Assembly: GCA_018654845.1 (NCBI GenBank)
Contig: JABIKU010000025.1
Location: 36,437 to 100,436 of the forward strand
DNA length: 64,000 nucleotides
Reading direction: 5' to 3'
Origin: Methanobacteriota archaeon
Lineage (GTDB): Archaea > Thermoplasmatota > Poseidoniia > Poseidoniales > Thalassarchaeaceae
The position numbers were made by a program, and so were the translations under genes. Below are positions 1-10,106 of the stretch, piece by piece. The notes beneath the pieces were generated by a model that ran no database searches, was not told the DNA's origin, and worked only from the letters and a program-made list of their open reading frames with translations. The number at the start of each line of letters is the position of its first letter. Position 1 is the first letter of the stretch.

Positions 1-995
1 ATCTCACCTCTACCAACCGCTGCTACAAAAGTATCGATATCGTTCCAGGTAGATGGTGAGCCATATTCAGGATTAGGTTCGACTTTTAGTTCTCCAAGGT
101 TTGGTAGAACAATGTGCTTTGCGATCTCGAAAACAGGAGAATCATCGCTTCCAACTTCAAGAAATGCCTTTCGGAATTTTTTACTAATTTTCTTTGCATT
201 ATCATGTAATAAGATAGCATTATTTGGATCGGATTTTGACATTTTATGGTCAAATGAATCCATTCGCCCACCACCACGGCCTTTCAATCCAGAAAGCATC
301 GGAGTGTGAGCACATGTCGCTTTCGTCCAGTGATTCTTATCTGCGACTTCGCGCATATACATGTGCGCCTTTCGTTGGTCCATCCCACCGAATGCGACAT
401 CGATATTCAATTCAAAAATATCCGCCGCCTGCATTGCTGGATAGAAAAAGGCGGATAAATCGTGTTCAGAGGAATCCTCATCACGACCCATTATACTGAA
501 AGTCCGTCGAACTCGGTTCAAACTCATATTCTTCGAGCAACGTAATACGCGCTCCCAATAAATCCCAGATGACATTAATTCGGAGGCGCGCATAAATCGA
601 AGTTGGCCTGCTGCGTCTCCTTCTTCTGGAAAATCGAGCAGAGCTCGAAAGACTTCTGTCATGTAATCGGCAGTGAGGCTAATCTTTTCCATATCGCGGT
701 CAAACTTATCGTTCACCCAAGCATGCCAATCCGCTAGCCAAATCAGAACATTTACGCCCTCATCGAGTAAATTACGGATAGTATCGGCAATGACTACCCA
801 ACCAAGGTGAGCCTTGCCACTTGGTTCGATTCCGACATAGCCACGGATGACATCATCACCTGCGTGGCTTACACCGCCGCCAACAATGGAGGCAATATGC
901 TCTACACCAATGATTTCTTTGCAGCCTCGAAACATTCTTTCGACACGCTCACGACTTGCATCGTCGAGAGACGAGAGCGGGTCGGAATTTGTCAT
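1..995 (-). CDS. tyrS: Tyrosyl-tRNA synthetase, archaeal type; 3' end runs off the left window edge
   Basis: Open frame absent from the ORF track because no stop lies in the window. ATG is the reverse complement of 993-995. My translation reads MTNSDPLSS...RGYVGIEPSGKAHLGW...YPAMQAADIFELNIDVAFGGMDQRKAHMYMREV...KMSKSDPNNAI. It has a HIGH-like motif and KMSKS, and parallels M. jannaschii TyrRS (GFEPSGKIHLGH, GGMEQRKIHM). Confidence 0.85.
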   Translation of the reverse strand, partial: MTNSDPLSSLDDASRERVERMFRGCKEIIGVEHIASIVGGGVSHAGDDVIRGYVGIEPSGKAHLGWVVIADTIRNLLDEGVNVLIWLADWHAWVNDKFDRDMEKISLTADYMTEVFRALLDFPEEGDAAGQLRFMRASELMSSGIYWERVLRCSKNMSLNRVRRTFSIMGRDEDSSEHDLSAFFYPAMQAADIFELNIDVAFGGMDQRKAHMYMREVADKNHWTKATCAHTPMLSGLKGRGGGRMDSFDHKMSKSDPNNAILLHDNAKKISKKFRKAFLEVGSDDSPVFEIAKHIVLPNLGELKVEPNPEYGSPSTWNDIDTFVAAVGRGE

Positions 996-1007
996 TTTTT
1001 CACCAAA

Positions 1008-1655
1008 TTAAAAGAGTTTACCGAGTTTTTTGCCGCGGCTCGCTGCACGAGTATTGTTATTCTCTGCGAGAGCCGCCTCAATCTCTTCAATCAAAGACTC
1101 TGCCGTTGCAACATCCTCATCAGAGACGTTTGACGACATTTCCATGAAATGTCGAGCGGCTTTAATCGCCAACTTAGCTTTAGACGCCTTTTTTTCCCAT
1201 TCCTTGGCTTTATCTCCACGCTGCTTGGAATTGTATCCAGTGGCCTCATCGAGGAATTGGGTGAACCGCTTTCGACTATCCATAGCCAATTTCATCGCCT
1301 CTGGATCATCGAAATTCGGAGGCACATTAGTGACATCGAGAATAAGCGCACCTGTTTCATTATAGTGACCGTTTAGCAAAGTCATGATGTCGTGAGAACC
1401 GTCGAAAGCGTTTTCTCCAGTTTTGTTGACATTTTCGAAAAATTTACCAGCGAGTGCTGTCAATCCTCCATTTGCTGTCACATCTTTGACTATTCCGCGC
1501 TTGACGTCGAATCTCTCCATAGAGTCCGCGCGCGTAATCGGCTTCTTCAATACTACCAGTGAAAACTCAACAAATCTTTTGCAAATACAAGTTTTGTCAA
1601 TTCTGCCAAACGTCTCAACTTTATCAAATAAATCGAAAATGTTGACTGAAGTCAT
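1008..1655 (-). CDS. Hypothetical protein (215 aa), probably co-transcribed with tyrS
   Basis: Track ORF. Its stop lies 12 nt upstream of the tyrS start on the same strand. Lys-rich C-terminus (RGKKLGKLF). No family recognised. Confidence 0.5.
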   Translation of the reverse strand: MTSVNIFDLFDKVETFGRIDKTCICKRFVEFSLVVLKKPITRADSMERFDVKRGIVKDVTANGGLTALAGKFFENVNKTGENAFDGSHDIMTLLNGHYNETGALILDVTNVPPNFDDPEAMKLAMDSRKRFTQFLDEATGYNSKQRGDKAKEWEKKASKAKLAIKAARHFMEMSSNVSDEDVATAESLIEEIEAALAENNNTRAASRGKKLGKLF

Positions 1656-1694
1656 ATCCTACATGGCTAAACGAGAATCTCGACTCGGCCAGCC

Positions 1695-2924
1695 ATGCGA
1701 GAGCGAATAATCTGCTTTGGTATCATTGCAATATTACTGATGATGTCCGTTCCAAGCGCCGCAGCAGAATCTCCAATCGTATTGGATGAAATAGTCACTC
1801 TCAGTGACATAGATCTCGGTATCGAAGGCGCGGCAATAGATCCAGATGGAAAACGTGTTTTACTCCATGGAGCTGATGGATATATTGGGATGGTTTTCGC
1901 ACAGACTCCGACGATTCAAGTGGAATTAATTTGGTCGGAGTCGCAAAAATTGAACGATGCGAGCTGGCATCCAGGAGGCAGCACAGCATTCATCGTTGGC
2001 GAAGATGGAATTATCCTTCGTTACGCCAACGATGACCTTTCGGTTACTTTAGCCGGAGAGCGTTTGAATTATGGTCAAACTGAATTGACGGCAGTCGCTT
2101 GGAATACTGCCGGATCTTGGGCTTATGTTGGAGGTGATGACGGTTGGCTATGGCGAGTTCGCGCCGAAGGCAATGGTGGATTAGAAGTGCACGAAATTAT
2201 CGGAAGAGGAAGTAGTTTGATTACCGGTATTGAATGTCATGATGATTTGATGATTTGTGTAGTTTCTTCGGCAGTCGATGGAATTGGAATTATTGATCGG
2301 GATCATACCTTAACTTGGATTGGAGGGGTGGGTTATCCATGGAGCGACGTTATTTGTCCAACAAATTTCGAACCAACATGTGTTGCCTCAACGACTAGTA
2401 AACAAATAGGATTGATTCTTTTGAGCACAGAAGGTGCGGCAGCAACACAGATGTCAATCAATGATATCGTCGGAGTTGATGGGAGATTTATGCAATTGAC
2501 CCACCAATATGATGACCGTTCTTTAGTCGTTCTCGCTCCATTTGGATTAATCGAACATGATATTTCAAATAATGCAACTTATCCTTGGCTCGATAACGAA
2601 GATGCTCAGAAATTTGACACGACAATTTCTGGAGACAGGATTGTTGGAACTTGGGGCACCGAGCAAGATAGCGGCTGGATTGTCACTAGTAGAGGCACGT
2701 TAATCGAATATCATCCATCCAAAGAAAGGGAAGCAATAGGAGGACTGCTCGGTATTATTATTCAGGTAACGATTCCATTAGTCATCCTCATGATGATCTT
2801 CACAATCGCAGTATCATTTTCGCCCAAATTGCAATATTGGGTGACGATGAAAATTGGCTCTGAGGAAGAGAAACGTGATGCAAAGCGTATCGCTCATCGA
2901 AAGGCCAAAAACAAGAAGAAGTGA
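1695..2924 (+). CDS. Secreted beta-propeller-like protein with C-terminal membrane anchor
   Basis: N-terminal signal-like segment IICFGIIAILLMMSVPSAAAES. Repetitive DG/W-rich body. C-terminal hydrophobic helix (LLGIIIQVTIPLVILMMIFTIAV) followed by the basic tail HRKAKNKKK. Confidence 0.6.
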   Translation: MRERIICFGIIAILLMMSVPSAAAESPIVLDEIVTLSDIDLGIEGAAIDPDGKRVLLHGADGYIGMVFAQTPTIQVELIWSESQKLNDASWHPGGSTAFIVGEDGIILRYANDDLSVTLAGERLNYGQTELTAVAWNTAGSWAYVGGDDGWLWRVRAEGNGGLEVHEIIGRGSSLITGIECHDDLMICVVSSAVDGIGIIDRDHTLTWIGGVGYPWSDVICPTNFEPTCVASTTSKQIGLILLSTEGAAATQMSINDIVGVDGRFMQLTHQYDDRSLVVLAPFGLIEHDISNNATYPWLDNEDAQKFDTTISGDRIVGTWGTEQDSGWIVTSRGTLIEYHPSKEREAIGGLLGIIIQVTIPLVILMMIFTIAVSFSPKLQYWVTMKIGSEEEKRDAKRIAHRKAKNKKK

Positions 2925-2992
2925 TATTTTCCTTCTTCCGACCCTATGGGTCGAATCAGGAACATTCATTTGGGCTGTGAAGACGCCGAAGG

Positions 2993-4186
2993 ATGATAAC
3001 CATGGCATATGAGGCGCTCGACTTCTACGATGTGGATTCACTTTTGACCGAAGAAGAACAAATGGTTCGTGATATGGTTCGCGATTTTGTCGATTCAGAT
3101 GTATTACCGAATATAGAGAAGGCATGTGCAGACGGAGTTTTCCCAGACGAGTGGAGAGTGGCTCTAGGTGAGATGGGCGTTCTCGGTGCACCACTGGAAG
3201 GTTATGGTTGCCCCGGACTTTCCTACACAGCATACGGAGTTATCTGCCGCGAATTAGAACGTGGAGACTCAGGTTTACGCTCATTTGCAAGCGTTCAAGG
3301 CTCATTAGCGATGTATCCAATTTGGGACTTTGGTAGCGAGGAACAAAAGAATTATTACTTGCCAAAAATGGCCAGCGGCGAATGGATTGGCTGCTTTGGA
3401 TTGACTGAACCAGATTACGGATCTAATCCTGGAGATATGATTACCAAAGCAGAAGATATGGGTAATCACTATCTCCTGAACGGCGCCAAGATGTGGATTA
3501 CAAATGGAACCTTGGCGCAGGTTGCAGTCGTTTGGGCGAAGCTCGACGGAGTAATTCGCGGATTCATCGTTGAGAAAGGTGACGAAGGTTTCTCAGCACC
3601 GGAAATGAAAGGTAAATATTCCCTTAGAGCATCCGTAACCAGCGAATTGGTATTCTCCGATTGTAAGATTCCAAAAGATAGGATTCTACCAGGAGTTCAA
3701 GGACTTCGTGGACCGTTTTCGTGTCTCAACAACGCTCGTTTTGGAATTTCATGGGGAGCGATTGGAGCTGCTCAGGCTTGCTTCGATTCGGCGCGAAATT
3801 ATGCTAGCAGCCGAATCCAATTCACTCATCCAATCGCAGCATATCAATTGGTTCAAAACAAGTTATCTTGGATGCTTCGTGAGATAACTAAAGCACAACT
3901 GCTCGCTTATCACCTCGGACAGAAAAAAGATGCTGGAACATGGATTCCAGAGCACATTTCACTCGCTAAGATGAACAATGTAGATATCGCTCTCGAGATT
4001 GCTCGAGTCGCTCGTGACATACATGGTGCTAACGGAATATTGGATGAATACTGCATCATGCGCCATATGGCTAACCTTGAATCAGTTAAGACTTACGAAG
4101 GAACTCATGATATTCACAATCTGATTCTTGGTCGGCACATTACCGGTATTCAGGCCTTCACTCGTGATTTGAAGGGATATTATTGA
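2993..4186 (+). CDS. gcdH: Glutaryl-CoA dehydrogenase (acyl-CoA dehydrogenase family)
   Basis: Near-collinear with human GCDH as I recall it: YGCPGLSYTAYGVICRELERGDSG, GCFGLTEPDYGSNPG, KMWITNG, GPFSCLNNARFGISWGAIGAA, YEGTHDIHNLILGRHITGIQAF. Start may be the ATG at 3002. Confidence 0.9.
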   Translation: MITMAYEALDFYDVDSLLTEEEQMVRDMVRDFVDSDVLPNIEKACADGVFPDEWRVALGEMGVLGAPLEGYGCPGLSYTAYGVICRELERGDSGLRSFASVQGSLAMYPIWDFGSEEQKNYYLPKMASGEWIGCFGLTEPDYGSNPGDMITKAEDMGNHYLLNGAKMWITNGTLAQVAVVWAKLDGVIRGFIVEKGDEGFSAPEMKGKYSLRASVTSELVFSDCKIPKDRILPGVQGLRGPFSCLNNARFGISWGAIGAAQACFDSARNYASSRIQFTHPIAAYQLVQNKLSWMLREITKAQLLAYHLGQKKDAGTWIPEHISLAKMNNVDIALEIARVARDIHGANGILDEYCIMRHMANLESVKTYEGTHDIHNLILGRHITGIQAFTRDLKGYY

Positions 4187-4213
4187 ATATTGATTTCGGC
4201 GACCAAATTGGAA

Positions 4214-7200
4214 TCATTGCTTCTTTTTCACTTTTCTACGTTTCTTACTAACCTTTTTGCCTTGGGGCTTAGAACTAGGCCGCATCAAGGTGACAACTGC
4301 AATAAGTGCAAAAACTACAACTCCACCAATTAATGCAAATGTAGGAATACCGGATTCTTCCAAATTAAGATTACAAGAAGCTTGACCTACGAGAGGTTGT
4401 GATTCACCACTGGGGCATACTTGCTGTGATATCATTCCTGTCGAGGGGACAAAATTATCTACCGAGGCAAGAATACATCCGGTAGCCGCAATCGATGTTT
4501 GATAACTTCCTATTGGGCATGGAATCTGCTCGATAGCTGCATAAGAATCAACATAATGACCTCGTTCAGCATCTAAACATTCTACTTGTCCAGTCAATGG
4601 TTGATACTTACCTGGTTGACAACTAATCTGCTCAGAAGCTGAAATAATGTTCGAGAAATGTCCTAAATGTGTCAGAACACAGGCTGCCTGACCAGATTCA
4701 CTTTGATAGGAGCCTGCTAAACAAGGTAAAGGAGATATCGCGCCAGCAAATGAATATTCACCAGGGTTCGTTACCAAACACTCTACTGACCCCGTTTGTG
4801 GCTGGTATTGTCCTGCTGGACAAATTGTCTGAAAACTTTGTCCTTCGAGAGGTACATGGTGTCCAACATCAGACTGTAAACAATTAACTGAACCTGTTTC
4901 AGGTTGGTAAGATCCTGCTAAACACGGAGTTTGTGATAAGGCTCTAGGGGATGAGGTATAATGTCCTGCATCAGCATCTAAACATTCTGCTTGTCCAGTT
5001 TCAGGTTGATAAGAACCTGCAACACAATCAATGGCTGAAGATGAACCGATATTTGGGATATGAGTCCCGCTGGAAGATTCTAAACAGAATGTTTGCCCAG
5101 AAGATGGTTGATAAAAACCAAAATCACAGGGCGTTTGTGTAGAAGAACCAGGATTTTCAACGAAATTCCCAATATCTGCAGATAAACAATCATTAGAGGA
5201 AATAGAGCCAGTTTGAGGATTATAACTACCCGCTGGACATTCTAATTGGCTATCCGACCCTATAGTATCTACATAATGGCCAGAATGTGCATCAATACAG
5301 GTTTCAATTCCAATAGCACCAATAGATGTACTGAATGTTCCTAATGGGCAAGATTGTTGTTCGGAATTACCATTGCCTTCTACGTAATGACCTGGTTCTG
5401 CATCAAGGCATGATGTTGAACCATAATTAGGCTGATAAGTCCCTGGAGAACAGACTTCTTGATTTGTTGAGTTACTGGCTGGAACATAATTTCCCGGTAG
5501 TGCATTAATACATGATGATGATCCGAAATTAGGCTGAAAAGTACCAGGAGAACATTCAGTTTGAGTTAAGGATCCTGTATTATGAACATGACTGCCCGGA
5601 GAAGATGCAATGCAATAACTCTGTCCTGAATCTGGTTGATAATAACCAAAGGAACATGGTTCTTGAGATGTAGATTCAAAATTGGGAGAGTGCCCCGGAG
5701 AAGCATCTATGCAACTAACTTGGAGATAATCTGGTTGATAAGTTCCAGCAGGACAGGCGTTTTGAGTTAAAGCACCTGTTCCATTAACAAAATGACCCGG
5801 AGAAGATTCAACACAATATGATTGTCCTGAATCTGGTTGGTAAGTTCCTAAATCACAAGGAATTTCAGAATGATGACCAAAACCAGGAGTATAATGACCG
5901 GGAGATGTTTGTGTACATGATCCATTAAAATTAGGATCATAAGAACCGCCGGGGCAACCATATGGTAAATCATCGTATATCGAAATAATTGAATCGGAAT
6001 CTAAATCCCTCTCTGAAAGATGGAGTGCCCCTATTGTAACAGAATTCCAACCGCCTATCGACGACGATGATAAATTAACATAATTAATTCCTCCATAAGT
6101 ATTAGTAGGATAGGAGCCGTTTCCTCGTTGACCCCAAAAATTAGCACCCCAACAAACGACGTCTGTGTGGCCATGAACTAGAATAGCATCCATCTTAATA
6201 CTACAAACTGCTTGATTATTAATCGACATAGCAATAGCACTATTATTCCAATCGCCTGTGTAATTAGGTATTATTTGATGGTTATCGCCAGACCAAAGTT
6301 CTGCGGGATTTATTCGGTCGTCATGACCCCAGTGGAAATGGTGTTGTTGAGCAGATGCCTGCCCCCAATTATTTCTGCCCCAACAATAAGGCGTGAAATT
6401 ATCGGTAATTATACAACTATTATGCGGGCCAACTTCTAAAGAGATTACTGAAATATTAGAACTGAGGTTAATAGGTGTAGGAACGTATTGATCATTGATG
6501 TTTCCAATTCCAAGTTGACCGTAGTCATTGTTGCCCCAGCAGGCTACAGACTCATCCGTGTCTAAGGCACAAGTATGCCACCTTCCGGTGCCAACCGCAA
6601 CTACATCATTAGCTACAAAACGGGGTGTTGACGAAAAAGTCGTGTTTCCAAATCCAAGTTGACCATAGAAATTGTTGCCCCAGCAATATAGAGCATTTGT
6701 ATCCAAAATACCACAAGTATGACTATCTCCTGTTGAAATGGAAATAAATGAAGAATTAGAAGGGAGTGTTGCTTTACTTACTATAACCGGAAGATATCGC
6801 CCGTCGTAAGCATTACATCCTGCTGGTGAGGGGTTATTATTAGGTTGCCACCAATCACCTCCTGAGCATACTGTACCATCCCCTAATTGACCATTTACAT
6901 TATAGCCCCAGCATAAGGCATCACCAGTATCTAAAATCGCGCAGGCATGCTCTCCTCCCATATCTGAAATAGATAATGCAGATGTACCGGCAGGTAATAC
7001 TACTTGCAGTGGTGGATGGTTTGTAGCTCCCGTACAAGAGTAATCACCTGAGACAGTACAAAGGTCGGTTCCAGTCCCTAATTGTCCATATTCGCCTCCG
7101 CCCCAACACCAAATCTCACCATTATTAGTTAGAGAACAAGATGAATAGTCACCGGTAGAAACCTCGACCATACCAACTGACAGATTACCTACTAACCACG

Positions 7201-7540
7201 GGCCAGCCTTGCCTACTGGCTCATTAATGGCATTATCTAATCCGCCTCCAAGTCCTCTTTTACCTTGTTCATTTTTTCCCCAGCAAGCAACTCTTGTGTC
7301 TTCTGTAATTACGCAAGTAGTGTGATAACCTGAAGAAATTGTAGAGTAGGAGAATACTGAATCATCTTGATGCCCTGCAAAATTGAGATTACTGATATTA
7401 GAATGAGTCATTGACAGAGTTCTTTCTTCTTCAAGATCAATGGGCCGGTTAGAGATTGGCATCGCAGATAATGACATACCTAGTAATGTGAATATGAGTA
7501 TAATTGGCACGAACATGTCCGGTTGCTTATATTGGCTCAT
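4214..7540 (-). CDS. Giant surface protein (1108 aa): signal peptide, RCC1-like repeats, ~17 Cys-rich repeats, C-terminal TM anchor
   Basis: N-terminal hydrophobic segment FVPIILIFTLLGMSLSAMP. Repeated CWGxNxxGQLGxG motifs. Array of C-x2-G-x-YQP-x2-G-x3-C-x5-G-H/Y-x-V units. C-terminal helix IGGVVVFALIAVVTL plus tail KKVSKKRRKVKKKQ. Confidence 0.85.
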   Translation of the reverse strand: MSQYKQPDMFVPIILIFTLLGMSLSAMPISNRPIDLEEERTLSMTHSNISNLNFAGHQDDSVFSYSTISSGYHTTCVITEDTRVACWGKNEQGKRGLGGGLDNAINEPVGKAGPWLVGNLSVGMVEVSTGDYSSCSLTNNGEIWCWGGGEYGQLGTGTDLCTVSGDYSCTGATNHPPLQVVLPAGTSALSISDMGGEHACAILDTGDALCWGYNVNGQLGDGTVCSGGDWWQPNNNPSPAGCNAYDGRYLPVIVSKATLPSNSSFISISTGDSHTCGILDTNALYCWGNNFYGQLGFGNTTFSSTPRFVANDVVAVGTGRWHTCALDTDESVACWGNNDYGQLGIGNINDQYVPTPINLSSNISVISLEVGPHNSCIITDNFTPYCWGRNNWGQASAQQHHFHWGHDDRINPAELWSGDNHQIIPNYTGDWNNSAIAMSINNQAVCSIKMDAILVHGHTDVVCWGANFWGQRGNGSYPTNTYGGINYVNLSSSSIGGWNSVTIGALHLSERDLDSDSIISIYDDLPYGCPGGSYDPNFNGSCTQTSPGHYTPGFGHHSEIPCDLGTYQPDSGQSYCVESSPGHFVNGTGALTQNACPAGTYQPDYLQVSCIDASPGHSPNFESTSQEPCSFGYYQPDSGQSYCIASSPGSHVHNTGSLTQTECSPGTFQPNFGSSSCINALPGNYVPASNSTNQEVCSPGTYQPNYGSTSCLDAEPGHYVEGNGNSEQQSCPLGTFSTSIGAIGIETCIDAHSGHYVDTIGSDSQLECPAGSYNPQTGSISSNDCLSADIGNFVENPGSSTQTPCDFGFYQPSSGQTFCLESSSGTHIPNIGSSSAIDCVAGSYQPETGQAECLDADAGHYTSSPRALSQTPCLAGSYQPETGSVNCLQSDVGHHVPLEGQSFQTICPAGQYQPQTGSVECLVTNPGEYSFAGAISPLPCLAGSYQSESGQAACVLTHLGHFSNIISASEQISCQPGKYQPLTGQVECLDAERGHYVDSYAAIEQIPCPIGSYQTSIAATGCILASVDNFVPSTGMISQQVCPSGESQPLVGQASCNLNLEESGIPTFALIGGVVVFALIAVVTLMRPSSKPQGKKVSKKRRKVKKKQ
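4370..5957 (-). repeat. Tandem array of ~17 two-cysteine repeats of ~32 aa (ephrin-receptor-like / GCC2_GCC3 / TNFR-like), coding; approximate bounds
   Basis: Example units: CDLGTYQPDSGQSYCVESSPGHFVNGTGALTQNA, CPAGTYQPDYLQVSCIDASPGHSP..., CSPGTYQPNYGSTSCLDAEPGHYVEGNGNSEQQS. The period is visible as recurring ggttgataag/ggttggtaag strings on the plus strand. Confidence 0.75.
6120..7330 (-). repeat. RCC1-like (regulator of chromosome condensation) beta-propeller blade repeats, coding; approximate bounds
   Basis: Recurrent motifs: VACWGKNEQGKRGLG, IWCWGGGEYGQLGTG, ALCWGYNVNGQLGDG, LYCWGNNFYGQLGFG, VACWGNNDYGQLGIG, PYCWGRNNWGQ, VVCWGANFWGQRGNG. Confidence 0.8.
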
Positions 7541-7709
7541 TATTGAGGTGGTTACTTGTATCTATTAATAATATTTCGACAATACTCAATATTCAAAAAA
7601 TCTGGAAAACTTGTTCTATACCTGAATTTTACAAACTCACCCAATGGGTGTTAAGCGTTTAATTCATAGAGGGGACTCATCTCGACGAGCCGTTAGAGGT
7701 GCATTAAGC
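7541..7709. promoter_or_regulatory. AT-rich divergent intergenic region (giant surface gene on minus, etfB on plus) with TATA-like stretches
   Basis: Sequence tatctattaataatatttcgacaatactcaatattcaaaaaatc lies between two divergently oriented starts. No transcript data. Confidence 0.3.
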
Positions 7710-8471
7710 ATGAATATCGCCGTATTATTGAAACAAGTCCCAGACACTACTGCGAAGATTACTGTCACCGATGGAAAGGTCGATGAAAACGCTATCTCAA
7801 AGTGGTCAATGAGCCCTTATGATGAATACGCTCTCGAATCGGCTTTACAATTAGCATCTGCTAATAGCGGGAGCCTGACTGCAATTACTGCCGGTCCAGA
7901 ACGATGTAATCGAATGCTGACTGACGCAGCTGCTGTAGGTGCAGACAATCTTGTCCGCATCGATGTCGCTAATCTATCTGCACTCGACTCGACACAGGTT
8001 CAATCTCTTCTTGCTGCCGCTGTTCAAAACATCAATGCAGATGTAGTATTCTGTGGAAAACAAGCTGCCGATACGAACGCTGGTTCAACCGGACCAGGCG
8101 TTGCTGAATTAATGGACGCGGCTTGCGTCACTTTGGTTTCTGAAGTTTCAGTTGATGGCGATGGTTTCTCAGCATTGCGTCCAAGTTCATCAGGTAGCGA
8201 GCGGATCGCAGTTTCCGCACCTTGCATTTTTGCTTTCGATAAAGGAACCACTGAGATGCGCCGACCAAATGTTCGTGGTATCATGATGGCAAAAAAGAAG
8301 CAAATCGAAGTTATCAGCGCCGCAGATTTAGGTGTTGATCTTGGCACTGCATCAGTATCAATCTCTGGCCACACCCCACCAGCCCAGAAGGCTGCGGGAC
8401 AGAAGTTTGAGGGAGCGGAATCAGTTTCACTCGTCGTCGGAAAACTTAGGGAAGAGGCAAACGTAATTTGA
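7710..8471 (+). CDS. etfB: Electron transfer flavoprotein beta subunit
   Basis: MNIAVLLKQVPDT...ISKWSMSPYDEYALESALQL is the typical EtfB N-terminus. The track ORF begins at 7644, but the ATG at 7710 matches the family start. An etfA gene follows 13 nt downstream. Confidence 0.88.
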   Translation: MNIAVLLKQVPDTTAKITVTDGKVDENAISKWSMSPYDEYALESALQLASANSGSLTAITAGPERCNRMLTDAAAVGADNLVRIDVANLSALDSTQVQSLLAAAVQNINADVVFCGKQAADTNAGSTGPGVAELMDAACVTLVSEVSVDGDGFSALRPSSSGSERIAVSAPCIFAFDKGTTEMRRPNVRGIMMAKKKQIEVISAADLGVDLGTASVSISGHTPPAQKAAGQKFEGAESVSLVVGKLREEANVI

Positions 8472-8484
8472 GGAGGAGAAAAGT

Positions 8485-9399
8485 ATGACATTCACAATTA
8501 TAGCAGAATCTGCCGGTGACTCACTTCACCCAACTACAGCTCAACTAGTAGGAGCTGCATCGTCTCTCGGCAACGGCTCCACAGTCATTTGCCCAGGCGG
8601 CATAGGTGCAGCCGAAGCAGCAACTATCGCAGGTGTAGAGAAGGTTATCTCAGTCGTTGGAGATTGTTTCTCAACATTCGATGGTGGGGCATGGGCCTCA
8701 GCAATCAACTCGGTATGCAATGGAGTTATTCTTGCATCTGCAAGTCCTATCGGCCGAGAAGTCGCTGCACGAATCGCTGCTAAGCGCGGCATTCCAATCG
8801 TCCAGGACGCAACCGAATTAGCAGATGGCATTACAATTACTCGACCAATTTACTCCGGTAAAGCAGTCGAAACATCAACTGTTGCTGGAGATTGTGTCAT
8901 CACTCTCCGCCCGAATGCATTCGAAGCAGCTGAAGAAGGAGCCAGCGCTCCAGTCAACATAGTTGATCAGAGTGCTGATGTCACAATTGCAGTAAAGGAA
9001 GCGATTGCGAAAGCAAGTGAGCGCCTCGATGTAGCAGAAGCGGACATCATCATTTCAGGGGGTCGCGGAATCGGTTCCATCGAGAACTTCAGCCACCTTG
9101 AAGAAGTTGCAGACATAATTGGAGCTGCAGTCGGCGCAAGTCGAGCAGTAGTCGATGAATGGGGTATGCCTCACAGCATGCAAGTCGGACAAACCGGAAA
9201 GACGGTTACGCCTTCTCTTTACATTGCCGTTGGAATTTCTGGTGCGATTCAGCATATCGCTGGAATGCGCTCTTCAAAATTCATTTTAGCAATCAATAAG
9301 GATCCAGATGCTCCAATTTTCGGAGTTGCAGATTATGGTATCGTCGCAAATTGGGAAGAAGCAATTCCAGCACTAAAGATTGCACTCGCTGCACTTTAA
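8485..9399 (+). CDS. etfA: Electron transfer flavoprotein alpha subunit
   Basis: C-terminal FAD-binding signature: [11 protein letters not shown]...[55 protein letters not shown]...[13 protein letters not shown]. Confidence 0.9.
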   Translation: [304 protein letters not shown]

Positions 9400-9467
9400 G
9401 CACATATCGAAGCGACTTACAGTCAATTCGTCAATGCGTTGAAATCGAGGTGGCAGCCTCGACCATC

Positions 9468-10106
9468 ATGGCAGAAGAGGTATTCTCAGAGCGCAACGTT
9501 CAGGTCGCGCTCGTAATCGCAGTGATTCTCGGTATTTTGCTCGGCCTCAGCTTATCTGATCAAATCCTCAGCGATTATGAATTAGGTTTACCCGATGCTG
9601 ACGGTGATGGCGTTCCAGATTCGTCAGATCTAAACTCAAACGGCGATGCTGGTTTACGATTCACATTGGTCGATGTCGTTCACGACATTAATGAGCAACC
9701 AAGAAATATCACTTTGATTTTGGGGTATAATGACAATGGTGATAGTTCAGGAAATTTAGTTGGGCAAGTTTGTGTATTAAACATGACACTGGAAGCCAAT
9801 ACCAGCGTTTCTCGACCACTACATCATTGTCTATTTCAGGTTGACGATTATGTTGCCAGAGCGGTTTCATTCGAGTATAGAATGTACGAAGAAGAGCAAG
9901 TGAACCACGAGGTTTTACTTTACAAATGGGACATTTTTGCAGGAGATGATGATGTGAATCCGTGGGGAACAAATCTCACGGTCGACCCAGCATTTTTGGG
10001 AGCGGGATCAACTGTTCATCTCGATGGAATGTCAGATTCAGATTCATGGGAGCGAAACGCAAGAATCGTTTGGCATGTTTCTACAGTTCAAATTTATGCT
10101 GAATAA
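9468..10106 (+). CDS. Type-II membrane-anchored hypothetical protein with one Asp-rich calcium-binding-like motif
   Basis: Internal ATG at 9468 gives MAEEVFSERNVQVALVIAVILGILLGLSL (TM helix), then DADGDGVPDSSD. The track ORF's 5' extension (9351-9467) overlaps the etfA 3' end. Confidence 0.55.
   Translation: MAEEVFSERNVQVALVIAVILGILLGLSLSDQILSDYELGLPDADGDGVPDSSDLNSNGDAGLRFTLVDVVHDINEQPRNITLILGYNDNGDSSGNLVGQVCVLNMTLEANTSVSRPLHHCLFQVDDYVARAVSFEYRMYEEEQVNHEVLLYKWDIFAGDDDVNPWGTNLTVDPAFLGAGSTVHLDGMSDSDSWERNARIVWHVSTVQIYAE

Noticed and set aside
8024-8831. Antisense ORFs of 155 aa and 96 aa within etfB and etfA
   Set aside because: They overlap well-supported etf genes on the opposite strand, and their translations are Ala/Pro/Ser-rich frame shadows without motifs.
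9351-9467. 5' extension of ORF 9351..10106 overlapping the etfA 3' end
   Set aside because: The extension (MGRSNSSTKDCTRCTLSTYRS...) is the out-of-frame read of the etfA C-terminus. The ATG at 9468 immediately precedes the TM helix.
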